A stretch of 64,000 bases of DNA, from the NCBI GenBank assembly GCA_035506535.1, contig DATJPE010000063.1:63966-127965 (forward strand), in the 5' to 3' direction. The stretch is from Actinomycetes bacterium. GTDB taxonomy: Bacteria; Actinomycetota; Actinomycetes; DATJPE01. The notes beneath the pieces were generated by a model. The model made no database searches, had not been told where the DNA came from, and saw nothing but the letters and a program-made list of their open reading frames with translations. Below are positions 54,864-63,480 of this stretch, one piece after another. Positions within the stretch are counted from its first letter, which is position 1. Every line of letters begins with the position of its first letter. Both the position numbers and the translations under genes were made by a program.

Positions 54864-56231
54864 CTACCTCCGTCTCACGGTCTTCTCGTAGAGGTCGAGG
54901 AGCCGCCCATCCGGGTCGTAGTCCTTCTTGACCAGGTGGTAGCCCTCGCCGTTGTACGTCGCCCAGAACTCCTCTTCCGGATAGAACGCCGTCGAGTACA
55001 GCGACTTGTGGCCCCCGAGCTCGGCGACCTTCTCCTCGATGCGGCGGTTGTGGAAGCCCTCGACCTGTCCGGGCGGCAGGTCGACGGCGGACCAGAAGCC
55101 GACGTTGGTCCAGGTGACGTCGTGGTCGATGTCGAACAGGGTCCACGACGGTGAGCCAGCCCGCGCGCGCATCGGGCAGACCCAGACCGGGCTGATGCGG
55201 ATCTCGCGGTGGAAGAACTCCAGGAACTCGGGCAGGCGCTGGACCGGCACCTCGACGTCTTGCACCACCGGCTCCTGCGCGGGCCGTCCGAGCCGGGCGT
55301 CCAGCCGCGCCTTCCACTGGTGGCGTCGCTCGAAGCCGATCACCTTCCAGTAGACGTCAGAGCGCAGGAACCGCTTGGGCACCAGCGGACGTACCCACGG
55401 CTTCTGCACCTGCAGGGCGCGGGAGCACCAGAACCAGTCGGTGTCCCAGCGCCAGAGGTAGTCGCGGACCCTCAGGTGGTCGACCGCCTTCGCCTGGATG
55501 GAGCGGTAGTAGATGCGGTTACCCGTGTAGTCGGACACCGCCGGGACGCGCTGCGCCCACGAGCCGACGCTCAGGTACATCTCGCGCGGCCCGAACACCG
55601 TGCCGTCGAGGAAGTCGACGGCCGAACCGGCGTACGTGCGCTGCGCGACCGCCGACGCGACCGCGTCGGCGAACGCGTCCGCGTCCTCGAAGCGGTGGTG
55701 GTGCAGCTCGACGTAAGGGTGGACCTGCTCCAGGTCGATGCGCAGCCGCAGGGCGTACCCGAGCGTGCCGTAGGAGTTCGGGAACGCCCGGAACAGCTCC
55801 GCGTGCTCGTTGGTCGGCGAAGCCGTCACGACGCGTCCGTCCCCGGTGAGCACGTCCATCTCCAGGACCGACTCGTGGGGGAAGCCGCTGCGAAACGACG
55901 TCGACTCGATCCCGACGCCGGCGACCGCACCGCCGAGGGTGATGGTCTTCAGCTCGGGGACGACCAGCGGCATGAAGCCGTACGGCAGCAGCGCGTCGAC
56001 CAGGTGCTCGTAGGTCGTCATCCCCAGGACGTCCGCGGTACGCCGTTCCGGGTCGACCGAGAGCACTCCGTCGAAGCCGGTGACGTCCAGCCGAGGCACG
56101 GTGTCGGAGGTGCGCGTCCGGAACAGGTTCGAGGTCCGCTTCGCGAGGCGTACCGGCTCGCCGGGCGGGATGGCGGCGTACTGCGCCTGCAGGTCCCTGA
56201 CCCGGCCGGCGTAGTCGACGGTCGCGCTCAT
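54864..56231 (-). CDS. FAD-binding oxidoreductase (BfaA/TmsA-like candidate 10-methylene-acyl reductase)
   Basis: 455 aa. It has the FAD_binding_4 PCMH domain (ITLGGAVAGVGIESTSFRSG). It ends 8 nt before the methyltransferase gene. Confidence 0.65.
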   Translation of the reverse strand: MSATVDYAGRVRDLQAQYAAIPPGEPVRLAKRTSNLFRTRTSDTVPRLDVTGFDGVLSVDPERRTADVLGMTTYEHLVDALLPYGFMPLVVPELKTITLGGAVAGVGIESTSFRSGFPHESVLEMDVLTGDGRVVTASPTNEHAELFRAFPNSYGTLGYALRLRIDLEQVHPYVELHHHRFEDADAFADAVASAVAQRTYAGSAVDFLDGTVFGPREMYLSVGSWAQRVPAVSDYTGNRIYYRSIQAKAVDHLRVRDYLWRWDTDWFWCSRALQVQKPWVRPLVPKRFLRSDVYWKVIGFERRHQWKARLDARLGRPAQEPVVQDVEVPVQRLPEFLEFFHREIRISPVWVCPMRARAGSPSWTLFDIDHDVTWTNVGFWSAVDLPPGQVEGFHNRRIEEKVAELGGHKSLYSTAFYPEEEFWATYNGEGYHLVKKDYDPDGRLLDLYEKTVRRR

Positions 56232-56479
56232 CGCGGCGGCCTCGGCGCGCGCAGCGGGCGCTGGCCGCCCGGTTGCTGCGGCGGCTTCATGACGCGCAGG
56301 CCGATGGCGACCATGACGCCGGCGATGACGAGGTCGGACACGACGACGAGCCAGGACAGCCCCTTGATCGCCTGCGCGATCGCGAGCCCGACGGTCAGCA
56401 CGGCCATGACGAAGAACACGGGCGCGAGGTAGCGCTGCCGCGAGGGCTCCTGCGGCGGGGGCTTCGGGGCGGCGCTCAC
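56228..56479 (-). CDS. Small membrane protein (83 aa, two TM helices), probably co-transcribed with the bfaA-like gene
   Basis: MSAAPKPPPQEPSRQRYLAPVFFVMAVLTVGLAIA...VIAGVMVAIGL. Its stop overlaps the downstream gene's start (ATGA). Confidence 0.4.
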   Translation of the reverse strand: MSAAPKPPPQEPSRQRYLAPVFFVMAVLTVGLAIAQAIKGLSWLVVVSDLVIAGVMVAIGLRVMKPPQQPGGQRPLRAPRPPR

Positions 56480-56573
56480 GACTCGAGCCTACCGAGGCGA
56501 CGCCCTCGCCACCCCGGTGCTCCTCACCTCCGCGGCGATGACCGGCCCGGCGCCGCCGACGGCGCGGGCACGG

Positions 56574-57470
56574 TCAGGCGCTGGGCACCGCCGCGCGCTG
56601 CAGGCGCGCGACCGCGTCGTCGTCCACGCCGGCGAAGAAGCCGCCCACGACGTCCTCGACGTGGGCGAAGGAGTCCGCGCAGAACAGCACCGGCTGGTAG
56701 TGGGTGATGTCGTAGGTCTGCACCCCCATCCGCGCGACCTCCAGCGGGCGCAGGTGGGCGGCACGGAACTCCTGGATCTCCCCGTAGCTGGACAGCAGCC
56801 CGGCGCCGTACGTCTTCACGCCGTCGGGCTCGCGCAGCACCCCGAACTCCAGGGAGAACCAGAACACCTTGGAGACGAACTCCAGCGCCTCCGCCGACTC
56901 GACGCGGCGCGCGGCCTCCCCCGCCACCTGGTAGAGCGCGGCGAAGCGCGGTGACGCCAGGCAGTTCGCGTGCCCCACCACCTCGTGCACGACGTCGGGC
57001 TCCGGGGTGTACAGCGGGACCGAGTGGTGGCGGATGTACTGCGTGGAGTGGAACACCCGGTCGGCCAGCGAGCCGTAGAAGACGAGGAGGGGGACCAGGC
57101 CGGCCGCGGGGACGTACCGGAATCCGGTGAGCGGCTGCAGCAGATCGCTCACCTCGTCGAGCTGCGGGACGTGGTCCTCCGGCAGCCGCAGCGCCGCTTT
57201 GCCCTCGAGGTACTCCCGGCAGGCCAGCGTCTCGTGCAGCTCGTGCAGGTGCGCGCACGCCACCCGCCACACCTCGTGCTCCTCGTCGGTGTACTCGGCG
57301 TGCGGGATCGGGTCACCGGGGCGCCACGCCAGGGCGAGGGCCGCGATCGCGTTGCGGCGGGAGCGGTACACCGGGTCGGTCGCGCCCGGGTGGTCGGCGG
57401 CGAGGTGCACCTCGACGTCGCCGTCGGCGCTGCGGGTGACCGGCGCGTACAGCTGGGCTTCCTCGAACAT
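56574..57470 (-). CDS. phhA: Phenylalanine 4-monooxygenase (biopterin-dependent aromatic amino acid hydroxylase)
   Basis: 298 aa from ATG 57470 (MFEEAQLYAPV...). It has the Biopterin_H fold with iron ligands H...H (HEVVGH) and the conserved PEPDVVHE and FWFSLEFG regions. Confidence 0.8.
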   Translation of the reverse strand: MFEEAQLYAPVTRSADGDVEVHLAADHPGATDPVYRSRRNAIAALALAWRPGDPIPHAEYTDEEHEVWRVACAHLHELHETLACREYLEGKAALRLPEDHVPQLDEVSDLLQPLTGFRYVPAAGLVPLLVFYGSLADRVFHSTQYIRHHSVPLYTPEPDVVHEVVGHANCLASPRFAALYQVAGEAARRVESAEALEFVSKVFWFSLEFGVLREPDGVKTYGAGLLSSYGEIQEFRAAHLRPLEVARMGVQTYDITHYQPVLFCADSFAHVEDVVGGFFAGVDDDAVARLQRAAVPSA

Positions 57471-57596
57471 GGCCCCTCCCGGGTGACGGCGGGACGAACG
57501 ACGCCGTTCCGGGTCACGGCGACGGCGCCGTAGGACCAGCGTGGCACATCCGCGCCCCGTCGGCGCTGACCTGCCCGGGGGATAGGCCGCCGATCC

Positions 57597-58199
57597 GTGC
57601 AGCACGATAGGCCGGTGGGGCGGATCGGGATCCTCGTCGTGGCCGGCGGAGCGGGCCGACGGGCGGGGGGCGTCGACAAGGCGCTGCTTGCGCTGGACGG
57701 GCGGCCGTTGCTGGCGCACGTCCTCGACTCGGTACGGGCGGCCGAGCAGGCTCGGCCCTCCGACGAGGTGGAGGCCGTGGTCGTCGGCCCGCGGCGGGAC
57801 GGCTTCGCTGGCGTTCGCTGGGCCCAGGAGTCCCCGCCCGGCGGCGGCCCGCTGGCCGCCGTCGCGGCGGGCGAGGCCGTGCTGACGGCAGACGTGTCCA
57901 CGGTGCTGGTCCTGGGCGGGGACATGCCGTACGTCTCTCGCGCCGTCCCCGCGCTGCTGGCCGCGCTCGACGAGGGCCCCGCCGCGGCGGTCCTCGTCGC
58001 GGGGCAGCCGCAGCCGCTCGCCAGCGCGTGGCGGCGAGCCGCGCTCGCCACGGCTCTTGACGAGCTCGCTCCGCCGGAGGGCGTACCGCTGCGCCGTCTC
58101 CTCGACCGGGTCGACGCCGCCGCCGTGCCCGACCTCGACGGCGCGAGCGCCGACGTCGACGCCCTGGCGGACCTCGACGGCCCCGAGGCGGTGCAGTGA
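57597..58199 (+). CDS. MobA-like NTP transferase (molybdenum cofactor guanylyltransferase family)
   Basis: The N-terminus LVVAGGAGRRAGGVDKALL matches the LAGGxxxRMGGxDKxL motif of MobA-type nucleotidyltransferases. Confidence 0.55.
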   Translation: MQHDRPVGRIGILVVAGGAGRRAGGVDKALLALDGRPLLAHVLDSVRAAEQARPSDEVEAVVVGPRRDGFAGVRWAQESPPGGGPLAAVAAGEAVLTADVSTVLVLGGDMPYVSRAVPALLAALDEGPAAAVLVAGQPQPLASAWRRAALATALDELAPPEGVPLRRLLDRVDAAAVPDLDGASADVDALADLDGPEAVQ

Positions 58200-60181
58200 G
58201 CCAGGTCGAGCACCACGTGCGGCCGCTGCTGCATCTGGAGCGGCGGGTGCTCGACCCTGCGGTGGCCGTCCGGCACGGCCTGGTGGTGGCGCTGGCCCTG
58301 GCCCTCGGCTTCGCCTTCGACGAGCCGAAGCTCGGCTTCACCGCCGCGATGGGCGCGCTGCAGCTGGGCTTCTACGACAACCGCGAGCCGTACCTCGCGC
58401 GGCTGGAGACGATGGCTGCGGTGACGCTCGCCCTGGCGGTGGCGGCGGTGATCGGTACCCAGGCCCGGCACACGCCCACGGTCACCGTCGTCACGGTGGG
58501 AGTCGCCTTCGTCGGCGGGCTGATGACCGCGATCGGGCCGAATGCAGCGCTGGCCGGGCTGCACTCCACGGTGTTGGTCCTCGTGTTCTCCTCGGTGAGC
58601 GGCATCGGTGCCCTGGTCGTCGGCGGCGGGGTGCTGCTCGGCGGGGCGGTCCAGGCGCTGGTGTCCCTGGTCGGGTGGCCGGTGCACCCGTACCGCCCCG
58701 AGGAGCGAGCCCTCGTCGCCGCCTGGGAGGCCCTCGCCGACTTCGGCCGCCACGGGGACGACGAGCGCGACCGCGCCGCGATGGTGGCCCTGTCGGATGC
58801 CGGGACGACCCTGGCGCTGAGCTCGGCGCGAGGCGCGGCGGGGCAGCGGCTGCGCGGCCTGCTGGACCGCGGTGACGGGCTGCGGCTCGAACTGGTGGCC
58901 CTCGGCCGGCGCGCGGGGGAGGGGGCGGCCCGGCTGCGGGAGATGACGGGGGCGGCGGTGACCGGGCTCGCCGAGGCCCTGGTGGGACCGTCGGCCGACC
59001 GCGCGGCACGGGCCGAGATGGCGCTCGACCGTTTCCGAGCGGCTGTCGCGGGCACGCCGGCCGAGGCCGCGCTGCCGCCGGTACGTCTCACCGCCGTCGA
59101 GCGCGAGCTGTACGAGACCGCCGCGCTGATGGATCCGGGGTGGCAGGCGGACGCGCGTACCCCGCCGCTGCGGCGTCGGCACGGTCCGTCGGACGGCTGG
59201 CGAGCCCTGCGGGCGGCGGCGACGCCCGGATCGGCGCTGTTCCGGCATGCCGCCCGGCTCGCCCTGGCCGTCCTCATCGCGGACCTGGTCGCGGGTGGCT
59301 TCGGCCTGAGCCGGGGGTACTGGGTCGCGATGACCGTCGCCGTCGTCCTGCGCCCGGACTACAGCTCGACCCTCCAGCGCGGGGTGGGTCGCGTGGCGGG
59401 CACGCTCGCCGGTGTGCTCCTCGCGTGGGGCTGCGTCAGCCTGGTGGGGTCCGACCGCGGCTGGCTGGTCGTCCTGGTCGGCGCCTTCGCGTGCGCGACC
59501 TTCCTGCTCATGAAGGCGAACTTCGTCCTCGGGGCCGCCTCGCTGACCGCGCTGATCTCCTGCCTGCTCGAGGTGGAGGGCCAGCCGCTGAGCCAGACCG
59601 CCCCCGCCCGCCTGGTGGACACGGTCATCGGTGGGGCCATCGCCGTGGCGGTCTACCTCCTGTGGCCGACCTGGCAGGGAAGCGACCTGGCCGAGGTCGC
59701 CGCGCAGTCGGTGGACGCCAGCCGGGCGTGGGCGTCGAGCATCTTCGGTGCGCTCGCCGAGCGGGGGACGTACACCGCTGCGACGATCCGCGAGCTCGGG
59801 TCACGGGCGCGGGAGACGCGCGCCGAGGCCGAGATGGCCGTCGACGGTGCCCAGGGCGAGCCGCACCGGGGGCAGGTGCCGCTGGCGACCGTCGCCGCGG
59901 TGGTGGCTGCGAACCGTCGGCTCAACCGGGCGCTGGTGTCGCTGGAGGTGGTGGCCAAGGCGCCGACCCAGGACCGGCCGCGGCTGCTGGTGGCCGGCGC
60001 CGAGCTGGACCGGGCGCTGGCCGCGGTCGCAGCCCGGCTGCGGGCCACGACGGGCGTCCTGAGCCCGACCGGCTACGACGCGGTCGTCCGCGTGGACCAG
60101 GCCGCCCGGGACGACCCGATCACGGTCGAGGTCGGCCGAGCGCTGGACGCCGCCAGCGGTCTGCTCGACCTCACCCGCTGA
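58196..60181 (+). CDS. FUSC family protein (fusaric acid resistance / aromatic acid exporter-like inner membrane protein)
   Basis: 661 aa. There are two hydrophobic multi-TM blocks separated by a soluble Ala/Arg-rich region, as in YccS/YhfK/FUSC. Its start overlaps the previous gene's stop. Confidence 0.65.
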   Translation: MSQVEHHVRPLLHLERRVLDPAVAVRHGLVVALALALGFAFDEPKLGFTAAMGALQLGFYDNREPYLARLETMAAVTLALAVAAVIGTQARHTPTVTVVTVGVAFVGGLMTAIGPNAALAGLHSTVLVLVFSSVSGIGALVVGGGVLLGGAVQALVSLVGWPVHPYRPEERALVAAWEALADFGRHGDDERDRAAMVALSDAGTTLALSSARGAAGQRLRGLLDRGDGLRLELVALGRRAGEGAARLREMTGAAVTGLAEALVGPSADRAARAEMALDRFRAAVAGTPAEAALPPVRLTAVERELYETAALMDPGWQADARTPPLRRRHGPSDGWRALRAAATPGSALFRHAARLALAVLIADLVAGGFGLSRGYWVAMTVAVVLRPDYSSTLQRGVGRVAGTLAGVLLAWGCVSLVGSDRGWLVVLVGAFACATFLLMKANFVLGAASLTALISCLLEVEGQPLSQTAPARLVDTVIGGAIAVAVYLLWPTWQGSDLAEVAAQSVDASRAWASSIFGALAERGTYTAATIRELGSRARETRAEAEMAVDGAQGEPHRGQVPLATVAAVVAANRRLNRALVSLEVVAKAPTQDRPRLLVAGAELDRALAAVAARLRATTGVLSPTGYDAVVRVDQAARDDPITVEVGRALDAASGLLDLTR

Positions 60182-60473
60182 GCCTCGGGGTGGCGGGCGA
60201 TGGGCTCGCCGGCGCCGGCGAGGTGCCGCTGACTGGGGGGCGCGTGCGGTGGGCTCTCGCGGTGCCTGACGAAGTGCGCACTGCCTGGCGAGGTGTCAGA
60301 CGAAACGGGCGGCCCCGCGCCCCAGACGTCTGACAGGTGTCGCGCCCGCGAGCGCGGCTGGCAGGTGCAGGGCAACGGGTGCGGGAGCCGGTGGCTGAGG
60401 CAGGTTGCGATACTGGTCCGACGCCGCCTCGGGCCGACGTACGGCCCGTCCCTCATCCCCCTGGGGTCGCCCC

Positions 60474-60833
60474 GTGTCCGCCATCGACCCGGTCGAGACG
60501 CCGTCCGACGCGCCGAGGCTGCCCCTCGACCTGCGCGTGTACCGCGTGCTGGCCTACATCACCGGTGTGCTGCTGGTGATCCTCATCTTCGTCGGCATCC
60601 CGCTGAAGTACCTCGGCTCGATTCCGGAGGTCGACGCGGTCGTCGGCGTCGCGCACGGCGTGCTGTTCTTCCCGGCCTACATCCTGGCGACGCTGGTGGT
60701 GGGCTACCGCCGCAACTGGTCGATCATCAAGATCGTGATCGTCGCGGCGTGCGGGGTCATCCCGTTCGGGTCGTTCGTGGCCGAGCACCGGGTGGTGCAG
60801 GAGGAGCATCGGCGCGCAGCCGCTCCCGCCTGA
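60474..60833 (+). CDS. DUF3817-type small membrane protein
   Basis: About 120 aa from GTG 60474. LRVYRVLAYITGVLLVILIFVGIPLKYL... is the typical N-terminal pattern of this family. Confidence 0.45.
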   Translation: MSAIDPVETPSDAPRLPLDLRVYRVLAYITGVLLVILIFVGIPLKYLGSIPEVDAVVGVAHGVLFFPAYILATLVVGYRRNWSIIKIVIVAACGVIPFGSFVAEHRVVQEEHRRAAAPA

Positions 60834-61551
60834 CCGCGGTCACCCACATCCACACCGCGGCGAGCGCGAAGAACCACCACTCGAAGGTGTACGCCAGGCT
60901 CTGCACCGACCACCGGATGCCGGGCCTCGGCGGCGGGGGGGCGGGTACGGCCGCCAGCGTCGAGCTCGGCGTCTGAGCCGCGAGGCCGACGTAGCCGTCG
61001 ACGAGCCGGTAGGGCATCAGCGACAGCAGGGGGGCGGTGGAGATCGTCGCGACTTGTCCGGCGGGGAGCACCGCCGGCAGGTCCGCCGCACCTACCGGCG
61101 CGTCCGGATCCTCGGCGGGGGCCAGCCACCCGTGGACGTCCACCGGCCCGGCCGGCACGCTGGGCGCGCTGCTCGGCCGACCGGGCACCCAGCCGCGCAG
61201 GACGACGACGGCGTGGCCGCCGAGCCCGGGTACGCCGAGCAGGGGCGTCAGCACGTACGAGCCGTCCCGGCCGTCGAGGCTGCGACCAGGCACGAGGACC
61301 TGGTGGGCGGCGTCGTAGCGACCGGCTGCGGTCACTGCGCGCGCCGGCGTACCCGCGGGGACGGCGAGGGACGGGCCCAGGGCCTGCGCGACCGGGACCG
61401 GTGGCGCCTTCGTCAGGTCGACCGCGTGCGGGGTGTCCCGTGTCCGGGCGCGGTGCCACTGCCACGACCCCAGGCCGATGAACGCCGCGATGGCGAGCAG
61501 CGTCGCGATGCTGCCCGCGACCCAACGCGGGGTGCCCAGGAACCGGTACAC
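60757..61551 (-). CDS. SURF1-family protein (cytochrome oxidase assembly)
   Basis: 264 aa. N- and C-terminal TM helices flank a periplasmic domain with the GSWQWHRA motif (SURF1 GxWQ..R). Its 3' end overlaps the DUF3817 ORF convergently. Confidence 0.6.
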   Translation of the reverse strand: MYRFLGTPRWVAGSIATLLAIAAFIGLGSWQWHRARTRDTPHAVDLTKAPPVPVAQALGPSLAVPAGTPARAVTAAGRYDAAHQVLVPGRSLDGRDGSYVLTPLLGVPGLGGHAVVVLRGWVPGRPSSAPSVPAGPVDVHGWLAPAEDPDAPVGAADLPAVLPAGQVATISTAPLLSLMPYRLVDGYVGLAAQTPSSTLAAVPAPPPPRPGIRWSVQSLAYTFEWWFFALAAVWMWVTAVRRERLRADAPPAPPGARPRTTRTG

Positions 61552-61586
61552 CTCGACAACGCTAAGCCCACCTCAGTGACGCCTCA

Positions 61587-61642
61587 CCCCCCTGCCTGCT
61601 CTAGGCCCCCCTGCCTGCTCTAGGCCCCCCTGCCTGCTTTGG
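61587..61642. repeat. Three tandem copies of a 19-bp unit CCCCCCTGCCTGCTCTAGG (third copy slightly diverged)
   Basis: Units lie at 61587-61605, 61606-61624 and 61625-61642. They sit immediately upstream of the SURF1 start and directly abut repeat copy G. Confidence 0.75.
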
Positions 61643-61696
61643 AATGAACGCGGCGTTCAGTCGCACCTAATGGAAGAACGCCGCGTTCATCCGGAA
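61639..61696. repeat. Double-palindrome intergenic repeat, copy G (core AGTCGCACCTAATGGAAG)
   Basis: TTGGAATGAACGCGGCGTTC-AGTCGCACCTAATGGAAG-AACGCCGCGTTCATCCGGAA. It lies between the SURF1 start and the DUF2127 gene stop. Confidence 0.8.
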
Positions 61697-61708
61697 AAGA
61701 GGGAGGGG

Positions 61709-62521
61709 TCAGAGGGGGGTGGCGGGCTGGCGGGTCGGCTGCTCGACGGCGGGTGAGGCCTGCGCCGCGGCCGCCGCCTCCACCGTGAGCAGGGACGCTT
61801 CGTGGCGCTGGGCGGCGTACGCCGTCCCGCCACCGCGCACCCCGAACAACCGCTTGGTCAGGACGAGGTAGGCCACGAGCGCGATGTTGAGGAGGAACGC
61901 GGCGAGCCGCAGCGGGGTGACCTTGTCGATCAGCTCGTAGATCTCGAACGGCAGGAACACCGAGGTCGCGACGGCGGCCAGGTACTCCCCCCAGCGCTTC
62001 AGCGACCACAGGCCCACCCCCTCGGCCACCTGCAGGCACGCGTAGGCGAACAGCCCCGCCCCGATCCACGCCAGGGTGCGCGGATCGGTCTCCAGGAGCC
62101 GGTGGATGCGGGCGATGATCGGGCTGTGGTCGATGTCGAGGTCGAAGGCCTGGGCTAGCGGCCGCGCGGCCGGAAGGATCCGGTCGAAGGTCTGCTCGAG
62201 GGAGCTCTCGGACGTACGGAACTGCAGGACGGCGTAGCCGAGCAGCGCCAAGACGGTGGCTCGCACCCAGCGCTCGACCGCGAACAGGCGCAGGATCGTC
62301 GCCTCGCGCAGCTGGCGCCCCCGAAGGACGAGGGGTGCGTCCGCGGCCGGCCCGCCGCCCTGCGGCTCACCGAGCACGAACGTCCCGCAGCGCAGGCACC
62401 GCCACGCCTCGCCCGCTGGCGTCGGCGCGTGCAGCCGCGCCGCCAGGTCCGGCTCGTCGGGACGGAAGGTGACGTGGCCGTGGCGGGCGCACCCGCGCAG
62501 GCTCCAGTCCACGGCGACCAA
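61709..62521 (-). CDS. DUF2127-like membrane protein with an N-terminal zinc-ribbon
   Basis: The N-terminal C..H...C..C (CARHGH...CLRCGTF) is followed by four TM helices. Confidence 0.5.
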   Translation of the reverse strand: MVAVDWSLRGCARHGHVTFRPDEPDLAARLHAPTPAGEAWRCLRCGTFVLGEPQGGGPAADAPLVLRGRQLREATILRLFAVERWVRATVLALLGYAVLQFRTSESSLEQTFDRILPAARPLAQAFDLDIDHSPIIARIHRLLETDPRTLAWIGAGLFAYACLQVAEGVGLWSLKRWGEYLAAVATSVFLPFEIYELIDKVTPLRLAAFLLNIALVAYLVLTKRLFGVRGGGTAYAAQRHEASLLTVEAAAAAQASPAVEQPTRQPATPL

Positions 62522-62602
62522 GCCTAGGGGCGACAGATGGGGCGGCGGTGAGAGGCGAGGGGTCGCGAGAAGTCGTACGTCGCCGGCGAGCGGCCGCGCG
62601 GG

Positions 62603-63259
62603 TCAGGACCAGGGGGCGTCAGGCAGGTGCTCGTCGAGCAAGCCACCGGGGCGACACTCGCCGGAGACGTACCCGTCGGGCATGTCCGGGTAGACGACCC
62701 GCCAGTACGTCCGTGCCAGGTACAGGCCCGCGCCGGGAGTCGCGCCGAGCAGCTGGGCCATGCGGGCGTCGCGCTGCACCGCCGCGCACTCGGCGAGCGC
62801 CTCGTCGGTGATGCCGGACATGTGCATGGACTCGTGGGTCAGCACGTGGACCGCGATGACCTGGTCGAGGGTCGGGTGGACCTTCGAGGAGTGCAGGTAG
62901 CCCCGCAGGTCCGCGCACTGGTCGTGCTTGATCAGGGTCCTGTGCTCCGGTACGCCGCCCGCGCCCCACTTGACGTACCCCAGCTCGGTTCCGCCGTCGA
63001 CGAAGGCCTGGCCGAAGGTCTGGCAGTGGACCGACACCCGGATGCCAATGAGCTCCGACGCGGCGGCGGCCAGCTGCTTCTGCTCCGCGCGCCGGTGCAC
63101 CCCCGGGGTCGCGAACACCAGCGCGGGCAGCACCAGCGCGACGACGGCGATCGCCGGGAAGCGTCCGGGACGGCCGAGGGCGTCGACGCGGTGCAGACCC
63201 CAGCGCAGGGCGAGGAACAGCGCCGCGCACACCAGCACCTGAGCCAGCGCGTCGAGCAT
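62603..63259 (-). CDS. Membrane-anchored putative zinc metallopeptidase (HExxH motif)
   Basis: It has an N-terminal TM helix and a VLTHESMHMSG (HExxH) motif. There is no recognisable family beyond the motif. Confidence 0.45.
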   Translation of the reverse strand: MLDALAQVLVCAALFLALRWGLHRVDALGRPGRFPAIAVVALVLPALVFATPGVHRRAEQKQLAAAASELIGIRVSVHCQTFGQAFVDGGTELGYVKWGAGGVPEHRTLIKHDQCADLRGYLHSSKVHPTLDQVIAVHVLTHESMHMSGITDEALAECAAVQRDARMAQLLGATPGAGLYLARTYWRVVYPDMPDGYVSGECRPGGLLDEHLPDAPWS

Positions 63260-63390
63260 GTCGCCTCCCTGCGGACGTACCCCGGCTTCTGCCAGCCCAT
63301 CACCGGCCCTCCCGAGCCCGGCGGGACCCGGTACCGACCCGGTACCCGACCCTGCCGCCCTGCCGAGTCAGCCTCACCCTCGGATCGGCA

Positions 63391-63445
63391 GGAATGAACG
63401 CGGCATTCATCCAATAGGTCCGACTGAATGCCCCGTTCATTCGAA
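63391..63445. repeat. Double-palindrome intergenic repeat, copy H (orientation as copy A, slightly diverged arms)
   Basis: GGAATGAACGCGGCaTTCAT-CCAATAGGTCCGACT-GAATGCCcCGTTCATTCGAA. It lies between the HExxH gene start and the ABC ATPase stop. Confidence 0.75.
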
Positions 63446-63480
63446 ACAACCGGGGGCGGGTCGGGCTGCGGGGATCGGGT

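Noticed and set aside
57149-59277. 699-aa and 301-aa minus-strand ORFs
   Set aside because: They are antisense to the MobA-like and FUSC genes. Their extreme Arg/Pro/Ser content is not protein-like.
13397-63445. Whether the palindromic repeats form a CRISPR array
   Set aside because: The copies are 5-15 kb apart and individually palindromic, occur in both orientations, and lack regular spacers or cas genes. The family is dispersed REP/MITE-like, not CRISPR.
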